Shown here one piece after another: positions 39,695-48,287 of a stretch of 64,000 nucleotides of DNA. The stretch comes from an uncultured bacterium (GTDB lineage Bacteria > Acidobacteriota > HRBIN11 > JAKEFK01). Location: positions 288,001 through 352,000 of the forward strand of contig CAVZQN010000006.1 in the NCBI GenBank assembly GCA_963777505.1, read 5' to 3'. A program made the position numbers and the translations under genes. The notes beneath the pieces are model-generated. The model was not told the origin of the DNA and searched no databases. It saw nothing but the letters and a program-made list of their open reading frames with translations. Each line of letters opens with the position of its first letter. Position 1 is the first letter of the stretch.

Positions 39695-42385
39695 ATGAGT
39701 GAGAAATACATTTATTTTTTTGGTGAAGGAAAAGCAGAAGGCACTGGCCAGATGAAGGATCTTCTTGGCGGAAAGGGATCGGGTTTGGCTGAAATGACCA
39801 ATCTCGGAATTAATGTTCCACCAGGTTTTACAATCACAACAAAAGTTTGCAATCTCTTTTATGAAAACAATGGGAAAGTTCCTGATTCTTTAGTGAAGGA
39901 ACAAAGAGTAAATCTCGAACGCCTTGAATCTGTGCTTGGAAAGAAGTTTGGCGATCAAAAGAATCCGCTACTTGTTTCAGTTCGTTCAGGTGCAAAATTT
40001 TCAATGCCCGGCATGATGGATACCATTCTTAACTTGGGCTTGAATGACACCACAGTTGAAGGATTGGCAAAACTGACTGGAGACAAACGCTTCGCGCTTG
40101 ACAGCTATCGGCGCTTTATCCAGATGTTTGGCAATGTTGTACTGGGTATTACCAAAGAAAAATTTGAGAAGCTTCTCAGTGCAATCAAACAAGAAAAAAC
40201 TTACAAACTTGACACTGAATTAAAAGCAGAAGATTGGAATGAAGTTATCCGCCGCTATAAAGAACTGGTAACGCAAGAAACAGGAAAGGAATTCCCGCAA
40301 GATCCGCAAGTTCAGCTTGATATGGCGCGTGATGCTGTATTTCAATCCTGGCACAACGATCGTGCACGATATTATCGCAAGCAAAACAAAATTCCGGATG
40401 ATCTTGGAACTGCGGTTAATGTGCAAGCCATGGTCTTCGGGAATATGGGAGACAAATCTGGAACTGGAGTTGGTTTTACGCGCAATCCTTCTACCGGGGA
40501 AAAAATGTTTTATGGGGAGTACTTGACCAATGCGCAAGGAGAAGATGTTGTTGCAGGAATCCGCACTCCGAAGCCAATCTCCGGATTGAAAGACGAAATG
40601 CGTGCGGCATATGATCAGTTGCACGACATCACTTCACGCTTAGAACACCATTATCGCGATGTTCAGGATTTCGAGTTCACGATTGAAAATGAACGCCTTT
40701 TCATGTTGCAAACGCGAACAGGGAAACGGACGGCTGCAGCGGCTGTGAAAATTGCTGTGGACATGGTAAACGAAGCACTCATTACTAAAGAAGAAGCCGT
40801 ATTGCGGATCGATCCGGCTCAACTTGATCAATTACTTCATCCAATTATTGATCCATCTCAAAAAGTGGAAGTTGTTGCAACCGGTCTTCCGGCATCTCCC
40901 GGTGCTGCCACAGGCGTTCTTGCGTTTACAGCAGATGAAGCTGTCGAAGTTGTGGAACGTGATAAGTTGCCTGTCATTCTAGTTCGTGAAGAAACCGTGC
41001 CTGATGATATTCACGGAATGGATGTAGCAAAAGGCATTTTGACAGCACGTGGTGGAATGACAAGTCACGCTGCGGTTGTTGCACGCGGAATGGGAAAACC
41101 TTGCGTAGCCGGGTGCGAATCTCTTCAAATCGATGAACAAAATCGTACATTGCGCATCGGAGATACAGTCGTCAAAGATGGCGATTACATTACGATCGAT
41201 GGTGGTAAAGGTCAGGTCATTCTTGGCAAAGTGAAGCTGCAGGATCCTGAGCTGAGTGGTGAGTTTGGCATTTTGATGAAATGGGCAGATGAATTTCGCA
41301 GCTTGCGTGTCCGTGCAAATGCCGATATTCCGCGCGATGCTCAGGTTGCAAGACGGTTCGGAGCACAAGGCATCGGACTCTGCAGAAGTGAACATATGTT
41401 TTTTGATCCTGAACGGATTCCTGTGATTCAGGAAATGATTCTTGCAAGAACTGAAGAAGAACGAAAAGAACCTTTAAAGAGAATCAAAGAGTGGCAACGG
41501 TCTGATTTTCTCGGATTATTCCGTGAAATGAACGGATTCCCAGTGACTGTTCGACTCCTGGATCCGCCTTTGCATGAATTTCTTCCGCGCCGGGAAGAAT
41601 TAATGACGGAAATTTCAGAACTAAAACAATCAAGTTCGCCTGACGCACCAAAAACGCTGAAACACAAACAAGAACTTTTGAAAAGAGTCAATGAACTTCA
41701 TGAAATGAACCCGATGTTAGGCCATCGCGGATGCAGGCTTGGTCTTACGTATCCTGATATTTCAGAAATGCAAATTGAAGCCATTTTTGAAGCAGCTGCG
41801 GAAGTCCAGAAGGAAGGTGTCCGCTGTACACCAGAAATTATGATTCCGCTTGTTGGTATTGCTGAAGAATTTCGGATCGCAAAAAAGCAGGTTGACGAAA
41901 TTGCAGAACGTGTATTTACCGCCTTAGGAGTTCGTGTTTTATATCTCACAGGCACAATGATCGAATTGCCACGTGCCTCATTAACGGCAGATGAAATCGC
42001 TCGTGAAGCCGAATTCTTTTCGTTTGGTACAAATGATTTGACTCAAACGACCTACGGATTTTCTCGAGATGATATCGGAAAATTTTTACCAAAATATTTA
42101 GAGATGAAAATTTTGAAGAAGGATCCGTTTGTCACTATCGACAAACAAGGCGTTGGGCAATTGATGAAGATTGCAGTTGAGAAAGGACGTTCTGCGCGAG
42201 GCGATTTGAAATTAGGAATTTGTGGCGAGCATGGAGGAGATCCGGAATCCGTTGAGTTTTGTCACCAATTAAAATTGCACTATGTGAGTTGCTCCCCATT
42301 TCGAGTGCCGATTGCAAGGCTTGCGGCCGCTCAAGCTGCATTAAAAGAAAAAGGCGCCGGCGATCTTTCCAAATCTCAGTTATGA
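39695..42385 (+). CDS. ppdK: Pyruvate, phosphate dikinase
   Basis: LLGGKG, LLVSVRSGA, GGMTSHAAVVARG, SFGTNDLTQ, GICGEHGG. Confidence 0.97.
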   Translation: MSEKYIYFFGEGKAEGTGQMKDLLGGKGSGLAEMTNLGINVPPGFTITTKVCNLFYENNGKVPDSLVKEQRVNLERLESVLGKKFGDQKNPLLVSVRSGAKFSMPGMMDTILNLGLNDTTVEGLAKLTGDKRFALDSYRRFIQMFGNVVLGITKEKFEKLLSAIKQEKTYKLDTELKAEDWNEVIRRYKELVTQETGKEFPQDPQVQLDMARDAVFQSWHNDRARYYRKQNKIPDDLGTAVNVQAMVFGNMGDKSGTGVGFTRNPSTGEKMFYGEYLTNAQGEDVVAGIRTPKPISGLKDEMRAAYDQLHDITSRLEHHYRDVQDFEFTIENERLFMLQTRTGKRTAAAAVKIAVDMVNEALITKEEAVLRIDPAQLDQLLHPIIDPSQKVEVVATGLPASPGAATGVLAFTADEAVEVVERDKLPVILVREETVPDDIHGMDVAKGILTARGGMTSHAAVVARGMGKPCVAGCESLQIDEQNRTLRIGDTVVKDGDYITIDGGKGQVILGKVKLQDPELSGEFGILMKWADEFRSLRVRANADIPRDAQVARRFGAQGIGLCRSEHMFFDPERIPVIQEMILARTEEERKEPLKRIKEWQRSDFLGLFREMNGFPVTVRLLDPPLHEFLPRREELMTEISELKQSSSPDAPKTLKHKQELLKRVNELHEMNPMLGHRGCRLGLTYPDISEMQIEAIFEAAAEVQKEGVRCTPEIMIPLVGIAEEFRIAKKQVDEIAERVFTALGVRVLYLTGTMIELPRASLTADEIAREAEFFSFGTNDLTQTTYGFSRDDIGKFLPKYLEMKILKKDPFVTIDKQGVGQLMKIAVEKGRSARGDLKLGICGEHGGDPESVEFCHQLKLHYVSCSPFRVPIARLAAAQAALKEKGAGDLSKSQL

Positions 42386-42405
42386 TCTTTGTGTCTTTGC
42401 GGTAA

Positions 42406-43095
42406 ATGATCTTTAAGAATGGAATTCTAACTTCCGAACTAATCCCAGCAGTGCATGGATTTTCTACGCGCCAAAAAGGAAATCTTGGCTATGGGAAAAA
42501 TTTCGGTGATCCTGAGGTGACCGAAAACCGTTCGAAACTATTCGAAACTCTTCAGCTTCAAGATCGAATTCACGTTCAGCCACGACAAATTCATTCAACA
42601 AGAGTCATCGACGCTCAACAGTTTGAATCCGGAATGGAAGCGGATGGTTCATTTACAAATTCAAACAGTCATCTGCTTTCAATTTTGACTGCTGATTGCC
42701 TTCCAATTCTTCTTTATCACTCCGATGGTGTGATTGCTGCAGTTCATGCCGGATGGCGAGGGCTCTTGAATGGAATCATCCCCGAAGCGATGCGTTTTAT
42801 TCCTGCTGCACCGGTCGCTGTGATCGGGCCTGCCATCGGACAATGCTGTTACGAAGTGAGTGATGATCTCGCAAATGATTTTTCTGCTAAATCTGGAGAA
42901 CGTTTCGTAGATCGAAGCAAGCCGAAGCCTCATCTGGATCTCATTGGTGTTGCTGTTCAACAACTCGTGAATGCAGGCGCTGGCGAAGTAGAAGCTGCAC
43001 AAATCTGTACACGCTGCCATCCGGACCTGCTTTTTTCGTACAGACGTGATGGCTCGTCCGGGCGTCAGATGAGCTTTATAGGGCTGCGAGGATAG
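42406..43095 (+). CDS. pgeF: PgeF/YfiH family purine nucleoside phosphorylase (peptidoglycan editing factor)
   Basis: QIHS, TADCLPILL, HAGWRG, GPAIGQCCYEV, FSYRR. Confidence 0.9.
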   Translation: MIFKNGILTSELIPAVHGFSTRQKGNLGYGKNFGDPEVTENRSKLFETLQLQDRIHVQPRQIHSTRVIDAQQFESGMEADGSFTNSNSHLLSILTADCLPILLYHSDGVIAAVHAGWRGLLNGIIPEAMRFIPAAPVAVIGPAIGQCCYEVSDDLANDFSAKSGERFVDRSKPKPHLDLIGVAVQQLVNAGAGEVEAAQICTRCHPDLLFSYRRDGSSGRQMSFIGLRG

Positions 43096-43173
43096 AGAAT
43101 AGAGGATAGAGGATAGAGAAGAGAGGATTGCGTTCTTTCTATCTTCTATCTTCTTCCTCCATTCTCTATCCTC
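43088..43173. repeat. Heptamer array forming an inverted repeat (GAGGATA x6 / TATCTTC-like)
   Basis: gaggata gagaata gaggata gaggata gagaaga gaggat ... atcttct atcttct tcctcca ttctct atcctc; spans the convergent pgeF and dinB stops. Confidence 0.88.
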
Positions 43174-44359
43174 ATGCTCTTTGGGCGTCGCGTTGATTCT
43201 TTTTCTTGAGCATCACACTTTGTCCGGCATGTACTGATTCAAAGCCGAATCGCTCACGCACTGAATCTACTTGTTCATGAAGTTCTCTTGCTTTAATTTG
43301 CCGCGGATCAGGAAACAATTCATATTGTCCCGTTTCAGGTTCAAAGTGTGAAAGATGAATCCCAACAAGCCTGATACGAACACGCCGCTGCCAATTCTGA
43401 CTCAGAAGGTTTAACGCAGCACGATAAACAGTTTCATCCAGATTGGTAGCAGAATCTAATGTGATGGAGCGCGAAACACGTTTTAAATCTGTATAGCGCA
43501 ATTTTAAAGTAATCGTTCGCGCTTTCCGGCGGGTTTTTCGAAGCTCATTGCATGCACGTTCAATCAGAAGATGGAGCATTGCACCAAGATATTCTTCATT
43601 CACAGTGTCTTCTTCAAGAGTCAGCTCACGGCTGATCGATTTTGATCCTGTATCTACAATTCCCATCATTTCACTGTCTATACCACGCGCTCTTCTGGAT
43701 AAAGCAACACCGTTAATGCCGAAAACTGCTTCCATTAAATCTGCGGGAACATTTGCAAGTTCACCGATTGTAGAAATGCCCATGTCCTGTAGCTGCGATT
43801 CCATTTTTTCACCAATGCCGGGAAGTGATCGTATCTGAAGTGAACGCAGGAAAGATTCTTCATAACCAGGGAGGATAAATAAAAAGCCATTCGGTTTAGC
43901 AAAATCGGATGCGACTTTTGCCATTAAACGATTTCGCGCGACACCAACTGAAGCATTTAAATGAACTTCATTTTGAATCGCATTGCGAATTTTCTCCGCA
44001 GCTGCAGCAGCCGAGCCATAAAGACGTTCACACCCATATAAATTGATGTAGGCTTCATCAATCGATACCCATTCAACATGAGGTGAATATCGTTCGAGAA
44101 TCCTGGCAATTCGATCTGAATATTCAGCATAGGCATCATAATGCGCGGAAACAAAAATTAAATTCGGACACAACTTGCGGGCATGATAACTTGGCATCGC
44201 AGAACGTACCCCAAAACGGCGCGCTTCATACGAAGCCGATGCAACAACACCTCGGCCTGTAGGATCTCCACCCACGGCAACAGGTTTGCCGCGCAATGCC
44301 GGGTTCAGGAGCTCCTCAACCCCAACGAAAAATGCATCCATATCAACATGTACGATCAT
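43172..44359 (-). CDS. dinB: DNA polymerase IV
   Basis: HVDMDAFF, ASYEAR, SIDEAY, AKVASDFAKPNG. Confidence 0.94.
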   Translation of the reverse strand: MIVHVDMDAFFVGVEELLNPALRGKPVAVGGDPTGRGVVASASYEARRFGVRSAMPSYHARKLCPNLIFVSAHYDAYAEYSDRIARILERYSPHVEWVSIDEAYINLYGCERLYGSAAAAAEKIRNAIQNEVHLNASVGVARNRLMAKVASDFAKPNGFLFILPGYEESFLRSLQIRSLPGIGEKMESQLQDMGISTIGELANVPADLMEAVFGINGVALSRRARGIDSEMMGIVDTGSKSISRELTLEEDTVNEEYLGAMLHLLIERACNELRKTRRKARTITLKLRYTDLKRVSRSITLDSATNLDETVYRAALNLLSQNWQRRVRIRLVGIHLSHFEPETGQYELFPDPRQIKARELHEQVDSVRERFGFESVHAGQSVMLKKKNQRDAQRA

Positions 44360-44393
44360 ATGTTTTAAACATAAGGTCTTCTAAATTAAAAAA

Positions 44394-44441
44394 CCACCTT
44401 ATGTAGTGGTATTATCGACAGAAACACACCATTAGTTGCTA
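44394..44441. promoter_or_regulatory. NrdR-box-like site(s) upstream of dinB
   Basis: CCACCTTATGTAGTGG (44394-44409), plus a weak second copy ACACCATTAGTTGCTA 32 bp away. Confidence 0.5.
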
Positions 44442-44450
44442 CATCGAGGA

Positions 44451-45059
44451 TCAGTATTTTCTGAGTATCCCGATTACGATCCCCTGAATTGTGAGCCGAT
44501 CCGAGGGGAATGTCATTGGTTTCATCTCGGGATTTGCCGGTTGAAGGCGGATATTTCCACCCCGTTCCCGATAAAATTTCTTCAATGTAGCTTCGTCTCC
44601 ATCAATTAAAGCAATCACCATTTCGCCATTTTCTGCAGTCTTACGGTCCTCGACAATTACATAATCGCCATCTCGAATTTGTTCATCGATCATCGAACTG
44701 CCTCGAACTTGAAGTACATACGTTTTGCCTTTGGTTTTCACCATATCTGCAGGCACTGAAATGACTTCATCAATCGCCACAGCCTGAATCGGACGTCCAG
44801 CGGCAACATAGCCAAGTAAAGGAATTTCAGTGCCTTCGGTTTCTGATTCTATCGGGACCAATTCAATAGAACGGCTCGAATAATGTTTTCGACGAATCAG
44901 CTTTTTTTCCTTTAGATGAGTCAAATGTTTATGAACGGTAGCTAGTGAGGTATAACCGAAATGATCTCCAATTTCCTCAAGACTTGGGGAATACCCGTGA
45001 CTCCGAATAAACCGTTCAATAAAATCCAGGATTTGTTTTTGCGTTTTTGTTAAATACAA
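44451..45059 (-). CDS. lexA: SOS repressor LexA
   Basis: wHTH domain, cleavage site VAAG, catalytic GSSM and TLKK; TTG start with GGAGG. Confidence 0.95.
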   Translation of the reverse strand: MYLTKTQKQILDFIERFIRSHGYSPSLEEIGDHFGYTSLATVHKHLTHLKEKKLIRRKHYSSRSIELVPIESETEGTEIPLLGYVAAGRPIQAVAIDEVISVPADMVKTKGKTYVLQVRGSSMIDEQIRDGDYVIVEDRKTAENGEMVIALIDGDEATLKKFYRERGGNIRLQPANPEMKPMTFPSDRLTIQGIVIGILRKY

Positions 45060-45078
45060 AATTGCTCCTCCTTGGTTC

Positions 45079-45105
45079 CAGGGGCGGAAGAAAACTCCGC
45101 CCCTG
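45079..45105. repeat. GC-rich hairpin in the lexA 5' UTR (REP-like)
   Basis: CAGGGGCGGA-agaaaac-TCCGCCCCTG. Confidence 0.6.
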
Positions 45106-45113
45106 ATAATTTC

Positions 45114-45142
45114 AGCATAGGCGAAGAAAAAGCGAAAATCAA
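45114..45142 (-). promoter_or_regulatory. lexA promoter with a candidate LexA direct-repeat operator in the spacer
   Basis: Minus strand TTGATT-ttcgctttttcttcgcc-TATGCT (17-bp spacer containing TTCGC-N6-TTCGC). Confidence 0.6.
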
Positions 45143-45249
45143 GTGGTTTCTCAAACTCTGATTAAAAGTCCTTTTTATTGAAAACACCAAAGCGCTTGCA
45201 TTACTATTGACTGGGGAAAAACGGAAGAGATTTTTTTGAGGAGATTTGA

Positions 45250-45936
45250 ATGCGTGAAGAATATGAAGAGAAGTCTTTCAACCCATTGAAGTTCGGAATC
45301 CTCGCTGCAGCACTTGTCGCCTTCGTCGTAACATCGCTTCTTTATTTCAATTCCTACCGCAAAACAAAGGAAGTAGAGGCACAGGAACAAGCTTTTTTGC
45401 AGGAAGAGTTAACGAAACTCAAGAAGGATAAAGGCGAATTAGAATTGAAGGTGGAAGATCTAGAAAAAGCATCGAAAGAGAATTCCGAAAAGTTAGAAAA
45501 ACAGGTAAAGACCAGAGATTCGCAGATTACGAGTGTAAAACGGGAACTGGAAGTAGAAAGCAAAAACATGGAAGCGAAGCTTGCGGAATTGAAGAAAGAA
45601 AAAGAATTGCTTTCCTCCCAGATTGCTGGTTACAAAAAAGAATTAGATGATGCTCGTTCCGAAACGAATTCTGAAAAGAGAAAGGGTGCTGAACAAGTCA
45701 CAAAGCTTCAAAATGATTTGAAGAATGTGCGACAGGAATCTGATCGTTATAGCAAAGAATTGAAAGTACTTCGCGAGAAATTAAACAAGATTAATGAAGG
45801 GGATCGCGCGGCTGCGGATGCTATGGTTGAACAATTGGCAGAAGCACGGCAGGAATTAAAGAGTGAAAAAGCGGCACGCGAGCGTCTGGAACAGGAACTG
45901 ACAGCATTGCGATCACAGTCCCCGCCCCAGCGTTAA
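45250..45936 (+). CDS. Single-TM protein with a long coiled coil, function unknown
   Basis: TM FGILAAALVAFVVTSLLYF then ~190 aa of charged heptads; GAGGAG ribosome-binding site. Confidence 0.75.
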   Translation: MREEYEEKSFNPLKFGILAAALVAFVVTSLLYFNSYRKTKEVEAQEQAFLQEELTKLKKDKGELELKVEDLEKASKENSEKLEKQVKTRDSQITSVKRELEVESKNMEAKLAELKKEKELLSSQIAGYKKELDDARSETNSEKRKGAEQVTKLQNDLKNVRQESDRYSKELKVLREKLNKINEGDRAAADAMVEQLAEARQELKSEKAARERLEQELTALRSQSPPQR

Positions 45937-45941
45937 TTGTA

Positions 45942-46133
45942 TTAAACAACTTTTTCGACTTTTCCGGATCGAAGGCAGCGCGAGCACACTTTTAGCGTTT
46001 TTACTGAAGCGCCGATTTTTACTTTCGCCTTATGCAAATTGGGCTTCCATCGACGATTCGTTACATTATGAGCATGGCTCACATTGTGCCCTTTTAACGA
46101 GCCTTTGCCGCAGATATCACATCTGTAGGCCAT
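45942..46133 (-). CDS. rpmB: 50S ribosomal protein L28 (zinc-ribbon form)
   Basis: CDICGK...GHNVSHA...RRWKPNL...VCSRCLRSG. Confidence 0.96.
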   Translation of the reverse strand: MAYRCDICGKGSLKGHNVSHAHNVTNRRWKPNLHKAKVKIGASVKTLKVCSRCLRSGKVEKVV

Positions 46134-46297
46134 TGTATTAATTCTCCTAAGTTACAGATTTTACACGACGCCACAGCATGGGCGTAGTGATTTTGTCCTG
46201 ATGAAAGGAAACGGAGAATATAACACAATCTGTCCCTTTGCGGCAAGCGCAGCCCGTTTTTGGCCTTAAAGTATTATTAATTCAGGAGAAAGTACTC

Positions 46298-46660
46298 ATG
46301 CCGACACATTTAAAAGGGCCAACTATTATTCAATCAGCAGGAAATAAGCCGAAGATTATTGAAGAGTACATTGGGCGAGTTAATTCAAAAACTTCCGGCT
46401 TAAGCATTGCGCGGATGAAAAGTCCTGGCGGTTGGATCGAACCAGGACAATGCCCGGAGTTTGATGAATTTACTGTAGTGCTGCACGGGAAGCTCCGGGT
46501 TCAATCTGAGTCTGGCGTAATGGACGTCAATGCAGGTGAAGCGGTTATTGCACACAAAGGTGAATGGGTGCAGTACAGCACACCTGAGTCTGATGGAGCG
46601 GAATACATCGCTATTTGTATGCCTGCATTTTCAATGGAAACTGTTCATCGCGACGAATAA
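46298..46660 (+). CDS. Cupin domain protein
   Basis: GNKPKIIEEYIGR, GWIEPGQCPEFDE, WVQYSTP; AGGAG before ATG 46298. Confidence 0.85.
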   Translation: MPTHLKGPTIIQSAGNKPKIIEEYIGRVNSKTSGLSIARMKSPGGWIEPGQCPEFDEFTVVLHGKLRVQSESGVMDVNAGEAVIAHKGEWVQYSTPESDGAEYIAICMPAFSMETVHRDE

Positions 46661-46661
46661 G

Positions 46662-47807
46662 CTACGCAACCCAGAACCAGTTCGCGAAAGCAGCCATAAA
46701 AAACCCAAGCAACAGTGCACAGAAAATTTGTATCGCGGGATTCAAACGTCCAGCAAAAAAAGAGACAACCATGAAGAAAGGTACGTTGGCAAGGCATAAA
46801 CGGGAAAATGAAAACAATGTGCTCATCAGCGGAAACAAAACAGCTAGAAGACTGTAGAAAAAGTAAGGACGCGGAACTCTTCGCCAGGTAAATACAAGCG
46901 CGCATAAATTCGCAATTGCGAAACAAAAATCAATAATCGAATTATGCTGGCCATGAATTGAAATATTGCTTTCAGCAAATCGTACAAAAGCGTAGAGCGG
47001 ATACTTTAAATCTCCGCGCCAATATCGAATGCTCTCTGGAATCCAAACAATAGAACCAAATTGCACATGAATGAATGCGAGATAACCAATCAATGGAACC
47101 GCGGATGCAAGAACAATTGCACTTGCAGCCCAAACCCTTTTTTGAGGATAACATCTCCAGGCAAGCCAGATGAGAGCTGGTATGGCGATGACTGCTTGAG
47201 AACGGGTTAAAACAGCAATTGCTGTTGCAATCATCGCTGGCAGGAGTTTGTTTTTTTCTAAGTAATAGAAAGCTGCTGTCAGCGCAGCAAGAAACATGGA
47301 TTCTGAATATACAGCGCTTAAAAATAAACTCGTTGGGAAAACGATGTAAAGGATTGTAGTGTTGTAAGCCGTATCAGAATTAAAAAGTTTTTCGGTAAGT
47401 TTGAAAAGATAGTACAAAAATAGGATCGCACACACATTCGAAACGATGATCCCGGCTGCGATGCTATTCCCGGTGAATACTGAAAGGAAACGGATTGCCA
47501 TTGGATATGCCGGGAAAAATTTAGCAGTTTCTTGTTTAAGATAGCGTCCGCCTCCATATTCCTTAAACAGTTCGTAATTGCCGTAACCCTTCTCTGCGAT
47601 CAGGAGCCACCATTCAGAATCCCATCTGGCCCAGATATCGAGCGTCAGAGTTTGGCGTTTGTGATATTGCAAATCCCTGCCTTTGAACAAAGCTTGGGCC
47701 GAGGGAAAATAAAAAGCGGAGAGGATGCCGACGATTTCCAATCCAAGACGTGAAATCAAAAAAATTGCAAGAATGAAGCGGAAGTCTCTACGGACTGGCT
47801 CTGACAT
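46662..47807 (-). CDS. GT-C mannosyltransferase (PIG-V/GT76-like)
   Basis: WARWDSEW..IAEKGY, FFPAYP, FPTSLFLSAVYSESMF, many TM helices. Confidence 0.82.
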   Translation of the reverse strand: MSEPVRRDFRFILAIFLISRLGLEIVGILSAFYFPSAQALFKGRDLQYHKRQTLTLDIWARWDSEWWLLIAEKGYGNYELFKEYGGGRYLKQETAKFFPAYPMAIRFLSVFTGNSIAAGIIVSNVCAILFLYYLFKLTEKLFNSDTAYNTTILYIVFPTSLFLSAVYSESMFLAALTAAFYYLEKNKLLPAMIATAIAVLTRSQAVIAIPALIWLAWRCYPQKRVWAASAIVLASAVPLIGYLAFIHVQFGSIVWIPESIRYWRGDLKYPLYAFVRFAESNISIHGQHNSIIDFCFAIANLCALVFTWRRVPRPYFFYSLLAVLFPLMSTLFSFSRLCLANVPFFMVVSFFAGRLNPAIQIFCALLLGFFMAAFANWFWVA

Positions 47808-47887
47808 GCTTAGGACATTTTAACCACAAAGACGAAGAGTATAAAGGAAAGATGAAGTATGTTGTATAGAGGAGCAAGGAGAAAAAT

Positions 47888-48286
47888 ATGAAAACGATCG
47901 CTATGATTCTGATGACTTTATTTGTCCTGCCGCTTGCAACTGCTCAGGAGAAGGAAGAAGCGCCAAAATTCGAGATGGTTACTTACTATCTTGGTTTGCT
48001 ATATGCAGGAACTGCACGAGATCAGTCACCGGAGGATTTAGAAAAAATTCAGACTGCTCACCTAAAACACCTCGAATCTATGTATAAGAAAGGCATTTTG
48101 TTAATTGCTGGTCCGATGGGAGACAATGGTGATCTGCGTGGAATTGTTGTTCTGAAAGTAAATTCAATGGAAGAAGCAAAAGCGCTTGTAGATGCAGATC
48201 CCGCAGTGAAGGCCGGCAGATTGCGAGTCGAACTTCATCCATGGATGAGCCAATCTTTGGATTCTCTAGCTTACAAAGAAAAATAA
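47888..48286 (+). CDS. Secreted YCII-related protein
   Basis: Signal peptide, AHLKHL, IAGP, DPAVKAG..ELHPW. Confidence 0.85.
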   Translation: MKTIAMILMTLFVLPLATAQEKEEAPKFEMVTYYLGLLYAGTARDQSPEDLEKIQTAHLKHLESMYKKGILLIAGPMGDNGDLRGIVVLKVNSMEEAKALVDADPAVKAGRLRVELHPWMSQSLDSLAYKEK

Positions 48287-48287
48287 A

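Noticed and set aside
39597-43173. Repeat arrays as possible CRISPR arrays
   Set aside because: Units are 7-8 nt with no unique spacers, and there are no cas genes
46190-46215. CTGATGA...GAAAC resembling a hammerhead ribozyme core (CTGATGA also at 25921 and 31473)
   Set aside because: Only 3 nt separate the core motifs, and I could not find stems I-III
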